Below, one piece after another: positions 1 through 13,076 of a DNA stretch of 64,000 bases. Below the pieces are notes generated by a model. It was not told the origin of the DNA, made no database searches, and saw only the letters and a list, made by a program, of their open reading frames with translations. Source of the stretch: Basidiobolus meristosporus CBS 931.73. Taxonomy: Eukaryota; Fungi; Basidiobolomycota. The first letter of the stretch is position 1. Every line of letters begins with the position of its first letter. Position numbers and translations under genes: made by a program. Where the stretch lies: positions 1 through 64,000 of the forward strand of contig MCFE01000087.1 of NCBI GenBank assembly GCA_002104905.1, read 5' to 3'.

Positions 1-2155
1 AACGGATTCCTGGTTCGTGCTACGTGCTATTAGGCAATTTACCACATATGTGGGAGATTCTAAACAAATACCCGGCATTCATTGATAAGACAAATGAATA
101 ATTTGAACATCAGCCTGGCATTACCTCAGTACATCCTCCCAGCAGTATCTGCAATGCATGACCAAATAGCATAATTGCAAGGGACTTTCATTTGGAAGGT
201 GAATGCAAGTAAGCATTAGGATCAACGGATATACGTCACCCCAGGTCACATTCCAGCCAAGAAGAAAGCCACAAGCAGATTGCACATATATAGTGGATGT
301 GTATTGCTTGCGACAATAAGCCGGCTTTTCCTTGAGTAAGAAATCAAAAACTCCGCAACAGATAATGTCAGTTGAAGATTAACCGATAACAAGCAAATAC
401 ACCGGAAGCATGGCCAATAAGGGCTCTTAAGGCTCCATCAACAAACCAAGTTCCTAGCTTGCATAGGACTCGGTAGAAGATCAAAATACCCCAAGTTCCT
501 AGCTTGTGATCAGGATTTCCTAATATGATCCCATGCCACTCAGTCGCAAATCATCACCGAAGATCAATCGAATCAAGATCACTAGCACGGCTTTCCGCCT
601 CTCGAAACACATCATTGGCCTCAATACTTTGTCGGGCAATTAAATCTGAGATTGGCTGCCATTCAACACCGAGAAACTCCCAAATCAAGACTCGGCTCTA
701 CGTTTTTCTCAGTCCAAATGAGCCAAGATTACGTGAACCCTCTTCATTTGGATCGTTCTCCTGCTTCTCGATTGGCATGTTTGCTCGGTGGGAAAATATG
801 GCTTGGTGAGGTCTATTATGTACCGTTCTGTAGCATCAAGATGGTTGGGATGAGACTGAACTTTGTTAAATTAACGATATATGTATTCGTTTGGGCGGTC
901 TGGATGAATTTGAAATTTCTGTTAACATGGAGTAATAGCGCTTGGTTTAGGCCATTGAGCTAGATAATTTTAACCAATGTTGCTAAATATACCATCATGC
1001 CAGAGTACGCTCTCTGAATCTTACTGTGGTTTCAATAGCGGTTGTTGACAACACAAGTCCAAGTTTATACTCGGAAAATTTCAACTGATTGTTTGTTACA
1101 TTACCAATAATATTATAACTGGGCTGAGCACTTTTGAGTTATCATTAGACCTAAGTCAATGATAGTATTGTAAATAGTCTGAGAATGGTAGAAGTGCTAC
1201 AGAGAGCTGAAAATTCTGCTTATATCTACTTGGACATATAGATTCATAGTTTCAGAAAACTAATAATAACAATGCTTTGAAAGGAGTCCCAGTAAGTGAT
1301 TTGCCAATTTTACAGTCATATGGGAAAGTTTAAAAGTTTTACTTACTTTCATGGCTTCATTAACTCAAAGAGGCTTTGAACAGAAATATACATGACTTAC
1401 CAGAGTGAGCCATATAAATACTTGGCTCGCATATTATGTTATTTCTATCAAACTTTCAGTCAGAATTTTCTTGGAATATATCTTACCAAAGTGCCAGGTG
1501 CCCAGATTATGAGAGCTTAATGAGCTGTCCGAAAGCCCCTGAATGTTGCAAGCATGTTTTTGGGACCTTGCTTGTAATCGCTTAAATACTACTTTTATAT
1601 TCAATAAATCATCAAGCAAAAAACCACATACTCAACTTGTTCCCCAATTCACTTCAATATCTGCAAGACTCTCTCAGCAGGCTATGAGCATCAGGCTGTC
1701 ACTGCGATCTTTTTCTTTGCTGAGGAGTTGGATACCTACAATTATCAAACAATCTACTAGTACACTCAATCACTTCCAATATCTCCAAAACTTTCATAAC
1801 ATTCTCTTGACAAATCAGCTATCATTACAACATAGCTGAGGTGACAATTGGAAAAAGGGAGTTTTGCGCTTATAGATTTATTTGTTTGAAGTAGGGTATT
1901 TTCCCCTACGGTTCATGATTTTAGCTTGTAGGATATCAATTTTGTATTCTATCACTACATACTAAGATTGGATTCCAAAGGGACAATAATCAATATATTT
2001 ATCAAAGATATACCAAGAACTAAGTTTTTGCATAAATATGTGTTATTTATCTAAGAAGTAATCAAGCTCATAATGCATGCCATTTGGCCGTGGCTCTCTA
2101 GTTGTAAATATAGTGTCGGGAACCACATAACAAAGGAATATGTACAGGACTTTGA

Positions 2156-3736
2156 TTATATTCTAGAGTATCTGTCTTGCTTGCATGCTGCAAAGAATGG
2201 CTTATCAGAAGGAACATATATCCAAAGAACCATCATCATTGTGGACATGGCAATAGCAGCTAGAGGTAAGACAAGAATGCCGAATCCACCAGCAATCTGA
2301 CCAGTTAAAAACGGAAAGAGGGCAGCACCACCTGCGCCTAGTCTAATATTGAAGTATTAGTAAATCAAATGAAATCCATAATGAAGGAATACTTACGCAG
2401 ACATAAATCCAATCGAAGTAGCGTGATACTTCCTAGCAAGTACTCGAGAAGCTAGGGCAATCGTTGTGGGAAACATTGGGCCCAACAAAAAGCCATTGAT
2501 GATGAACACTATCAGGAAAGGACGGTTAAAAACCATTCACACGCAAATCAATCACATAGTTCATACCTGTTGAATTGACGACAGCATCAGCAGAAACCAT
2601 CATAAGGACAAGCCCTCCAATAATAGCCATGGTAAACAAAGTGATCATGAACTTCTCGCCATATCTACCAGACATATAGCCTAGCACAATTCGACCGGCC
2701 GCCAGAGCTGCCCAGTATCCCGACACAACCCGGCCCATGGAAACTTCATCACCATGTCTTCCTTCCGTCAAAAAGGTATAGCCCCAGCCGCCCATAGTAA
2801 CCTCCACGCCAACATAGATCAAGATGTAAGCTGCGCCTACAATAGTCATGCGGTTGAAAATGGCTGCACGGGTAAGCTCAGCATGAGTTTCCTTGATACT
2901 GTCATTCACACCAGGGCCGTTGCTCAGTAGTTGAGCTCCTTCGTCTTCTTCACTTGCAACCACTTCTTCAGCTACCGCCTCAAAGTCAACATGGTAGTAT
3001 CCAACAGTAACACAAATAATATTCACAAGTGCACCCAAAGCCATGAATACATACATGCCCTTCCATGAAATGTCGTGTTGCAGTAAGATGGTGGCAACCA
3101 AGGGACTTAACATGGCGCCAATCCCATAGACGGCTAACAATATTACCCAGAAAAGAAATCATTAATTCAGGAACAAATATAGAAGTATTGTTATGACGCT
3201 GGTTACTTACAGTGCAAGATGTTGAGCATAACGGTTGCAAGGGGTATATTGGCGATATAGACATTCATCGCCGCGGCCAGCAATGCCATCCCGGCACCGG
3301 TGAATACGATGAATCCACACATCAACGGAAACGGAAAGCCAAACATAAGGAAGGAATACGAAAAGAGCATCATACCAGCACCGAGATACAATGTTCTCAA
3401 TTGGCCTAGACGATGAACGATATAACCATTGATACTTGCACTAGAGAAGAATCCCAAAGCACTGCATAAGAAGAGTAAAGAGATTGTCTCGTTTGGAATG
3501 TTGTAGTACTGCTTCATTCGGGGGATAATAGCACCTAAACTACCATCATTCAACCCGGCCACAAGGCTGATGAACAAGGAAGCAAGAATAGGTTTAACGT
3601 GTCCTTTAAGATCTCTAAAGGATTCGGGTGACTTGCCATCCTTTTGAGCATTCACTTCTTCATTGTGTGGCTTCAAAAGTGTAGTATTCTCATTGGGATG
3701 ATCCGTAAAGGAGCCTTCTTGGTTGGGCCCGGTCAT
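2156..3736 (-). CDS. Major facilitator superfamily transporter (multi-exon)
   Basis: ORFs 3203-3736 and 2526-3140 have multiple hydrophobic helices and MFS-type motifs (GLNDGSLGAIIP, GVEVTMGGWGYTFL). Downstream exons joined via GT-AG introns end ...DRYSRI-TAA at 2156. Confidence 0.85.
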
Positions 3737-4972
3737 TGATTAGATATGCAAAAGGAAAATAGGCAGTATATATTGAAGAAACAACAAAAGGACGGATGGG
3801 CTCAAACAACATTTTCAGAACCTGTCAACCTTATATAAGGAACATTTTTAGGATGAATTAAATTGCTCTTCAAACGTTGTACAGGATACAAATTTTCGTA
3901 GAGCCAGCCAGTCAACAGTAGAAGTGGAATCCAGAATAATTTAACTTTGGTTGGATTTGTCAGATGATCGTCCCAAACCGTTAAGCTGATGCGGTTGGAT
4001 CAACCTTTTCCCAAAATACTGGCATTCAATGAACAGTGAAATCGATATCTTTTACTGGATGTGATGGGGGCCTTCTATGCCCCTCTGCCATGCTATATTA
4101 CGACCAAAGAGGTCACACTGCCTGGTTGCTGGTGGGTGTGGTCGGTAGATTTGATACTACCATGTTGGTTAGTGAATGCTAAACCCGTGTAAATTGCACA
4201 ACTCTACTCCTCATTATGACACATTTGACTTATTAATCACCGGTTTCTTTGTGAGCCGACACTCTGTATACGAGTTGCTTTGATCTGGTCAAGTAGAAGG
4301 GGACTCGAGCCGTCTATTGATTGTTTTTCATGAATGTTTGGTATGAAAACAAGGCGCACCAAGCAGATAGTCGCTACAAAAGCAGATGCACAACGGGTTT
4401 CAATACTCTGATACGATGAAGATTATCGCCATTCCCGCCCCTGCCATTAACCCACGCGCCTTTGCTATCTGAAAAGCTCAGTATGTTAGCCAACATGTAA
4501 CATAACCCACATACGCACAGACACACAATTGATTCCAATGTTGCATTGTAAATGTACCATGAAGTTGGCCAACCACATGGTAAACTAAGCAAGAGTTATA
4601 ACGCCAGCTTGAGAATATACACATAACACCTCAAACGATTCTGCGAAATCGTCGAGGAAACACATGCATCTACAACCTCGGTGTCAACGGCAATGAGATA
4701 TTCAGATGCTACGTAAATCTCCCTGGAATTGGTGGATGGGTGAAAATAGCCAAATGCGAGCCGGGAAAGAAGGCGTCGTGTGGTGCATGTGGTGGATAAT
4801 TAACTAAGAATGTTGTGCTGTCTGTCTATGATTCCCATCCCGATACCTTGTAGCCCATCAATAAATCAATTAGATGAAAGTGATAATTGGATCAGAGGCG
4901 TTTTCATTAACAAATTAAGGTTTTCATACTACAGTTTGAAGCAATAATTCATCTATTGTATGGATCTAAAGA

Positions 4973-5995
4973 CTAACTATCCTCGACAAAGTTGCCCATG
5001 AAGAACTCCACTATTTTGGTGGCAAACCAAATGCTGTCATCAGGGAGTGTGAGTTTTGAGTAAACCGAGCTCGCCATTTCCGGGGTGAACTTTCCTTGCT
5101 GCTCCCGCGAACGGGTTATTTCCTCCACAATACCGGGGGTAAACTCTGGATGTGCCTGCACAGTCAGGATATGATTGGGCTTCAACATGGCCTGAACTTC
5201 GCACAAATCTGAGGAGCATAACACCTCCAAACCCGGTGGGCTATAGGATACAACATCCTCGTGCATTTGCTGCAATTGCTATGAGCAACGTGCCAAAGTT
5301 AAAACACTGGCTGTATTGAAGCGAATGACGGGGAACAGGCTTACCAGAGTATCCTTGTTGGTTTTCAACAACTTCTTTCCGGCGTTGTTGAGCTTTACCT
5401 CGGTGTGTCCAATCTAGGAAGAATAGTTTGAGAACAATTGCGAGGACCACCGTGATTATTATCGGTACATACCTCCCACCCCTTCTTGTTTTTCGCAACG
5501 GTACCGCCAAGAGCACGTGCAATAAGCTGATGCCCGAAACAAACACCAACCACTTTACACTCTGGAACATCCTCAATCAGTTGCTTGATGTACTCGTTAA
5601 AGTGGAAGATCCAGGGTTCGTTGCTAGCAGCAGAGGAGGCTGCGGAGGTTCAATAAAGCATAAATGGTTTGATTGGGATAGAACTGCAACTCTTGCCACT
5701 TACCTGAACCAGTGATGATCACACCGTGGAATGCTTCATGTTCTCTGGGATATTGCATTTGGGTGACATCAAAGCATTCAATCGAAAAATCAATGTTTCT
5801 TTTGGAATGGGCGACCGCCTTTTTCAACATAGCCGGGAATATTTGGGTGTAGTCACCAAATTTCTCGACTACCGGTTGAGATGGAGTGTCTGCTACGAGG
5901 AGAGCGATCTTTAGTGTAGTTGTGTGCTCGGAGATATTAGTAGTAGGCTTGAGCCTCTCCATTTTGGATTCAAGGTTCATCAGGTCAGCTTCCAT
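4973..5995 (-). CDS. Class-I glutamine amidotransferase-like protein (multi-exon)
   Basis: Motifs IALLVADTP, GVIITGS, nucleophile GVCFGHQL (5500-5540), QQMHED and C-terminal QAHPEF (His-x-Glu of the triad). Confidence 0.85.
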
Positions 5996-6669
5996 ATTGC
6001 TAGGCTCTTGTAATACTCCAACTTTATTACTGGTGTGTATATATATATACGATTTGAGCAGGAGCTTCCTGTCTCGAGGACGCGCTCTTCGAAATCGCTT
6101 TCGTAATCAGTTATTTGATAGGTATCCTGGATTCAGTTAGATTGCAAAAGGAATTAAACCAATAATCTGCTCAATCTGACGCCTCCTTCTATTATCCGAT
6201 GTGATGTTTGGATACTGTTTACTGACTGATCATCTTCATTCTAGAACGTCAAGATTCAAACTTATATTTCACACCCATTCTGGATGAGAATTCAGACCAA
6301 GAAAACTGGATTCAAATATCAGATTGAAAGTTCAGAACAAAGCCGACGGCTTTGTTTAGGTGGTATTCCGGTTAGTCTCAGGGAGTATTTCGTAAGTGAC
6401 CTTGTGTGGGTATCCTTGACATAATGAGTGTTTGCATTGTTTGGGTTCATCAGAAGTGCAAATAACCCACAAGCCAATAGTGGAGCTTCCTGCTGAGATC
6501 TAAGCCACTCCTCATGAAGTAATCTGGTGAACCGCTACAATATTGGAAATCTATGGATGGCTTAGCTCACTGTGGAGATATAAATTACTCGGCGATCATT
6601 GATCCCCTCAGTGGAAATAAAGATTTCAGTTGTTGCACACCTCTGCCATTCTACAAAGTCCAGTACGTA

Positions 6670-7908
6670 ATGAGATCCCTTTTGTTCCTGCAACTAGCTC
6701 TGCTCTCGAGTGCCACCGTCCTTACGTCCCCGCGTTCTGGACGCCCTCGTAGAGGCAACAACTCCGTTTTAGATCTCTTGGCCGAGGACAATCGCTTTTA
6801 TGACTTCATGGATGTTCTATCCAAAGAACGTGGCTTGACTGATGATTTGCAGGACAATAACCAAGAGGTGACCGTTTTTGCTCCGACAAACCAGGCATTC
6901 CAGAAACTGAGGAATACTTATCAAGGCCGTATTCCTCGCGATGAGCTCCGGGACGCCGTCCGCTACCACTTTATCCCCGAATGGTACGAGTACGAAGACC
7001 TGCGCGAAGAGAAGCTTATAGATACTCAGTTGACCCCCCGCGGGTTAGACGGAGAATCCCAAAAGATCCGTGTCGTTCGTAGAGAAGGCCACGTCGTGTT
7101 GAACAATTTGGTTTCAATCAGCGAGGCGGACTTGGAAGCAAGAAATGGGATCGTTCACGCCGTAGATGAAGTCCTACTTCCTCCGCCAAAGGTGACCGAC
7201 TTGATTTATCGCATGGCGAACAAATTCTCCACTTTCAGTGCTGCTTTGCAGAGGACTGGTCTGAACGAAGAGTTTGAGGGAGAAAGTAGCATTACTGCTT
7301 TCGTACCAACCAACGCGGCTTTCCGGAAACTCGGTTGCCGTGCGCTGAACTATCTGTTTAGCGAAGAGGGTGAAAAGGATCTGAGAAGGGTACTTGAATA
7401 TCATTTCTCCCCCGAACTCGTCTATGGTACCGAGATCGAGGAGCAGTCAGGTCATCGTGGCGGAAACAAAAATCGTGGTAGGTGGGGAGATCGTGATGAT
7501 GATGACTACGGTCGTGGCGGAAACAAAAATCGTGGTAGATGGGGAGATCGCGATGATGATGATGACTACGGTCGTGGAAGACGTAGAAGTGGACGTCGGG
7601 GTGACGACTGGGAGGCGAAGCTTAATTTGCAATACCCACGTGGAGGCCAAGGCAGGAGAAGACGTCCAGGCTATGATGATATCACCGAGTTACCATCATT
7701 CTTGCGTGGCGAAAAACTGTATCTCGAAGTGAAGAAAACACCCAGCCGAAGAGTCTTCATCAATGTGAACGACGAGGCACGAGTGATATTCTCCGACATC
7801 CCAGCTGAAAATGGAGTATTCCACGCCATTGATGAAGTATTATTACCAGAAAATCTAGATATTCCTGAGTACGACTGGTTCGATAATGATGACCAGTGCG
7901 ATTTTTGA
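6670..7908 (+). CDS. Secreted fasciclin (FAS1) domain protein, two FAS1 domains
   Basis: Signal-like MRSLLFLQLALLSS at 6670. Two TVFAPTN/TAFVPTN and two NGIVHAVDEVLLP/NGVFHAIDEVLLP FAS1 motifs. Confidence 0.9.
   Translation: MRSLLFLQLALLSSATVLTSPRSGRPRRGNNSVLDLLAEDNRFYDFMDVLSKERGLTDDLQDNNQEVTVFAPTNQAFQKLRNTYQGRIPRDELRDAVRYHFIPEWYEYEDLREEKLIDTQLTPRGLDGESQKIRVVRREGHVVLNNLVSISEADLEARNGIVHAVDEVLLPPPKVTDLIYRMANKFSTFSAALQRTGLNEEFEGESSITAFVPTNAAFRKLGCRALNYLFSEEGEKDLRRVLEYHFSPELVYGTEIEEQSGHRGGNKNRGRWGDRDDDDYGRGGNKNRGRWGDRDDDDDYGRGRRRSGRRGDDWEAKLNLQYPRGGQGRRRRPGYDDITELPSFLRGEKLYLEVKKTPSRRVFINVNDEARVIFSDIPAENGVFHAIDEVLLPENLDIPEYDWFDNDDQCDF
7455..7571 (+). repeat. 57/60-bp coding tandem duplication (RGGNKNRGRWGDRDDDDYG x2)
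   Basis: Two near-identical adjacent units, 7455-7511 and 7512-7571. Confidence 0.9.
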
Positions 7909-8316
7909 ATTGTTCTCAATTAATACCAAATTTGACGAACCCCAATTGTCATGAGCGTGCGACAGAATGAAATAAAGGCTGCAGGTATCAACTAACATAC
8001 ACCAGAACTGGAAATGACTAGTTTAGATATTCTCCTCGACCAATGTTAAATACAATATATGGCTCAACCTGCAAAGTGTCTGAAACGGCCACGCTACATG
8101 CCATAATGTGATGTCAGCACGAGATTTATCGTGTACCTCAGAAGCATTCCACACTGATATTTCATACATCATGATTAAAGAGCCATAAAAAATCATGGAA
8201 TTCAATAATTAATATACGAAGATTTCCTATTAACACCCTGCTCATGCTCACTTCTCCAGTGAAGCTAAATATAGAGGATTGCACTTTCGACAATACTTGT
8301 AGCGGCGCTAAAAAGA

Positions 8317-8387
8317 TGCGCCGTCCGGGAATCGAACCCGGGGCTAAAGCTTGGGAAGCTTCAATTCTACCACTGTACTAACGGCGC
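8317..8387 (-). tRNA. tRNA-Gly(CCC) copy 1
   Basis: 71-nt cloverleaf GCGCCGT...ACGGCGC-A, anticodon arm GAAGC-TTCCCAA-GCTTT, T loop TTCGATT, T5 terminator just downstream. Unique upstream flank. Confidence 0.95.
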
Positions 8388-9346
8388 TCGGCTTGGCAAA
8401 ATCAATTTGGATATTTTGTAATTCCCCAAGCTCTTCGGTTGAAAATAGCTTAGATTCCCATCGACAGGGCCTTTGTACTATTCATTTATTTGAGGCACCA
8501 ACTCCAGTTTTGTAACCACGCATAATTCGTGGATGCATTATTGTAACTCTTCAAATCTTTAGCCAACTTCACGCAACTGTATGTACTCTAGGGTTTGGGC
8601 TAATGCAGGGCTTCCCTCCCGACTAAAAATAAACTTATTGATAACAATGTGTTCAGATTGATTTGAAACAATCATCATCGGGATTCATTGGTTTATTAAC
8701 AGCTAGATCAGCTTATTGGTGATGTGATGTTGGGGACGGTAATTTCCCCATGATTGTTTATGGGAGTTCGAAATTCGCCATTATCTAGAATTATGATCGG
8801 TCATGTAAATAGTCAAGAAAACACCCAATAAACCGATATATTCCTGGGAACTCTAGATCCAATAAATTGTGTACAAATCAAAACCATCAAGGCAAGCTGG
8901 ATGGGAATTTCTCAAGAAAATCAACCAAGTAGATCAAATTGATTAGGTGTTCGAATTCGCTTTTTCAGGACTTCAACTTTTTTTTGTACTTAGCAATTGG
9001 GTGGATACTCCCCTGCTTATTAGGCAGCCCCAAAATTTCGTTTTTTAATGAGTTGGTATTGAAAGGTAAATGAAGTCTTAGGTGAAAATCGGTCACCCAA
9101 AACCGTTGGCTGCATCAAATAGTTAGGTAGGTTACGACTTGTGTTTTTTTTATATAATAGCCGCCCTCATCATCAAGGACTTAGAATTTTTTACCCTCCT
9201 TCTTCTACCTGCATCGGACTTTTCCTTTTTACTGAAATTGTTCTGTAGAAGTCCACCCTACTTGACTTATTTCGCCCATCTTGTTCAACTCCAAATTTGT
9301 TTTGTTGAAGTTCCAAGTCGTCCCCTAGGCTAGTTGGGTTCTCATA

Positions 9347-12204
9347 ATGGTTGATTCCGAAGACGATATCCCTCTTGGTCGTAGAGCTCAAAGGAAGCTT
9401 CAGGTTTCCTCAGATTACGATTCTGATGACGATGTTCCGCTTCAAAAACGCTCCCAAGGCGAAGCTGCTATAAAACAAGAAGGTACCTATATCCTGAATT
9501 TTCCTTCCCAAATGGTCATTTGCTCTAGGATGCGGGTTTACCACAGTTCAATCGATCTTGATGCTAATTGCTAACGCGCTTCTTTTCCGTAGGGAGAGCT
9601 TCTGACAATAAAGGTCAGAATCTTGCCAATGGCACTAACGGTGTGAAGAGAGGTACAGAGGAGGAACAGGTAATACCTTATGTTTTGCTTTGTGATGACT
9701 TTGGGAGATCCAAATTGGGAAATCCCTTTATTTGTCAACCGATTGCTAAGGATACACCACATCCCACCAATGAAATTTCAAGCAGTATTAATACGAACTC
9801 TACTCTATACACCTGCTAATTTCCATTTCTAACCAAACTAGGCTACGCGTAAAAAAATCAAAACCGAAGATTCTTCTGATGACGAGCCTTTGGTAAGCGC
9901 ACGTCATATTTCCTCGCGGTGGCGCGTTTCGAGGTGTGCTAACCGAGTGACGTTTAGGTCAAACGCGTGTCCAAAGCTAAAAGCAAACCTGTCAAGACGG
10001 AGCCGGGTTCCAACACACCCGTTAGAAAGCGTGCCGCCAAGGTTAAGCAGGAGTCTGATGATGAAGACGTACCTTTGGCTAAGAAGTCTGCCACTAAAAA
10101 ATCCGAGCCTCGTGTAAAGAAAGAATCCACGCCATCCACTCCCACTGCTCGCGGAAGAAAGAAGAATGAAACCACCCCCAGTAAAGATAAGGGCAAGGTT
10201 AAAGAAGAAGAGGAGGAGGAGGTATACAAGTGGTGGGAAGCTGAAAATCAGGATAATACTATCAAATGGACCTCTCTGGAGCACAATGGTGTATTGTTCC
10301 CTCCGGACTATGTCTCACACGGAGTAAAGATGAAGTACGACGGCAAACCTATCGAGCTGTTGCCAGAAGCCGAGGAAGTGGCCAGTTTCTTTGCTACCTT
10401 ACTCGGCTCAGATCATGGCAACAATCCAACATTCCAAAAGAACTTCTTTAACGATTGGACTGAGTTGATGAAGAAGGTTTATGAGGAGAAAAAGCTACCA
10501 CCGCCACCCATCAAGGAGTTCGCCAAGTGCGATTTTACTCCTATGTTTGACCACTTCCAAAGAGAGAAAGAGGCCAAAAAGGCAATGACCAAGGAAGAGA
10601 AGGCAGAAATCAAGGCCCAGAAATTGGTCATTGAAGAGAAATACGGTTATGCAATTCTAGATGGTAGAAGAGAGAAGGTTGGCAACTTTAGAATTGAACC
10701 CCCTGGTCTATTCCGTGGACGTGGTGAGCATCCCAAGACGGGATGTTTGAAGCAGCGTGTGCAACCAGAGCAGGTGACCATCAATATCGGCAAGGATGCC
10801 AAAATCCCCGAAGCACCTCCTGGTCACCAATGGGGCAAGATTATTCACGACAACACGGTTACATGGCTTGCAATGTGGAAAGAGAACGTCAACGACAACA
10901 TCAAGTATGTTTTCTTGGCAGCTGGCAGCTCCCTCAAGGGGCAGAGTGATCTAAAGAAGTTCGAGAAGGCCAGAAACCTCAAGAAACTGGTCGGAAAGAT
11001 CAGACGTGATTACATGGAAGAGCTGAAGCACAAAGTGATGGCCACCAGACAGCGCGCCACTGCATTGTACCTTATTGATCGATTGGCACTCAGAGCTGGT
11101 AACGAGAAGGGTGATGATGAAGCCGATACCGTTGGTTGTTGCTCGCTTCGATATGAGCATATTGAGCTAGTCCCCCCTAATACCGTCGTGTTTGACTTCT
11201 TGGGTAAAGATTCTATCAGATACTACAACGAAGTCAATGTCGACGAACAGGTATTCAAGAACTTGAAATTGTTCAAGAAACCGCCCAAGGGAGAGGGTGA
11301 CGATTTATTCGATCGTCTTACTACTCAGTCACTCAACAAGCATTTATCTTCCCTTATGCCTAGTCTTACTGCTAAGGTATTCCGTACCTACAATGCGTCC
11401 TTCACCTTCCAAGATGAGTTGAAAAAGACCCCTGTCGATGGGACCATTGCCGAAAAGTTGTTAGCTTATAACCGCGCCAATCGACAGGTTGCAGTTCTAT
11501 GTAACCATCAACGGAGTGTCAGTAAGGCTCATGGTGCTCAAATGACTAGAATCCAAGACAAGTTACGAGCCCTCAAGTACCAGCGCCGTCGTCACAAGTA
11601 TCAGCTAGCTGCTATGGACCCTAAGCTGAAGAAAAAGCGGCCCGAGCTTTTCGAACCCGAATCGGACCTTGAGGAGGATTGGATTGAGGAGTATGAAAAA
11701 GATATGTTGGAAAAGGAGCGTGAAAAGATCAAAGCGAAGTTTGAAAAGGATAACCAGGCACTGAAGGACAACAAGGAGAAGCCACTACCACAATCTGAAC
11801 TGAAGGAATTACTCTCCAAGGTTGACGAGAAGGCCAAGGAGCTGAAGCAAGAAAAGAAAACTGGGGAAGTTTACGCTATCAAGAAGAATGCTACGGTTGA
11901 AAGACTTGAGACCGCCATCAGTAAACTTACCGAAAGGATTCTGACGACGAAGACCATGATGGTCGACAAGGATGAGAACAAGACTACTGCTCTTGGTACC
12001 TCGAAAATCAACTACATCGACCCTCGTATTTCTGCTGCTTGGTGCAAGAAGTACGATGTGCCTTTGGAGAAGATTTTCAACAAGAGTTTGAGAGAAAAGT
12101 TCAAGTGGGCCATGGACGTTGATGAGGATTGGGTAAGTCTCCATTGGTACGATGTGTTTGAATCATCCGATCTAACCTATTCTTTGTCATTTTAGGAATT
12201 TTAA
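9347..12204 (+). CDS. TOP1: DNA topoisomerase I (type IB), multi-exon
   Basis: KWTSLEHNG, EPPGLFRGRG, ALRAGNEK, AKVFRTYNAS and catalytic SKINYIDP motifs. Short 5' exons; terminal exon EF-TAA at 12196-12204. Confidence 0.97.
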
Positions 12205-12568
12205 AATGAACTTCTCGATCATCGGCTCACTCCACCCCGACCCTCCCTCAATTTTCCTTCTATTCCTTTATCTTTGACACCAACAGTTTTTAGAAACAGT
12301 GATTTATTCATCTTCAAGATCTCTACACCTCCGTTAAGTGATTCCCATCTTTTTTTTATACATAGTATTTATATTTGTTGTAGAATAAATCTTCACCACC
12401 TCGTCAACAAGACCCTACCTACGTGGAATGTTCGAAATGCGGCACCTAAATGGTAAAGAAATTCCTCGGCTGAGTAGAATACGTGATCCCATACTTCGAT
12501 TCACGGCGGGGGACGAGGCGAATCACAAGATGTCCACTAATTCCGCCGAAATCATGGGTGATCCCACA

Positions 12569-13065
12569 TGTGATGGGATTTCGCATGGAGTATATGTTGG
12601 CCCCATCCATCCCAACCACTCCTTACAACGCATTTTATTCACAATTTATCTAAAAGCACCTGTGTGAGGATGGTTCCGTGTAGGAAGTCGTCGATTAAGC
12701 ACTAGGCCGTATATAAATTGAAGATTCAAGGATCGAGTTGGGTGCGGTACTCTCACAAACTAGGCCTTCGTGTCTGTTGATGGGGAGGAGCGCAATAACT
12801 TGACCTACAACAAATACAATATGACTACAATCAGAGCAAATAGCCAACCAGATGGGATAAAAGAAAGGGATAATGGCAGTAAATCGAAAGAGTGCACGTG
12901 AACCATAAGGCAAGAGTGTATGTGGCTTTAACACTCAACATTGTGAGTAAGTGTGGGTTGTAGGCTATGGTTGCGAGGGTAGGATCATAAGAGTAACCAT
13001 AATATTGGGAAAGAGAAAAGGAAGATGTGCATGGGGTGAATGGGAAAAAATGCCCAAGAATTACA
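12569..13065 (-). mobile_element. LTR-like element, type G (497 bp)
   Basis: TGTGAT...ATTACA termini (consensus TIR TGTGAT/ATCACA). Ends 11 bp upstream of tRNA copy 2. Orientation inferred from the order TATA, AATAAA, TGG-starting flank. Confidence 0.65.
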
Positions 13066-13076
13066 CGAATATAGAG

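Noticed and set aside
525-963. Overlapping short ORFs at the window start
   Set aside because: No recognisable motifs or supportable splice structure.
4374-4592. 72-aa minus-strand ORF between the MFS and GATase genes
   Set aside because: TTG start, surrounded by stops, no family recognised.
12695-12934. 79-aa ORF (MLKPHT...IRPSA) open in three LTR-G copies
   Set aside because: It lies inside a repeated LTR-like unit, begins at TTG, and the differences between copies frequently change amino acids; no sign of coding constraint.
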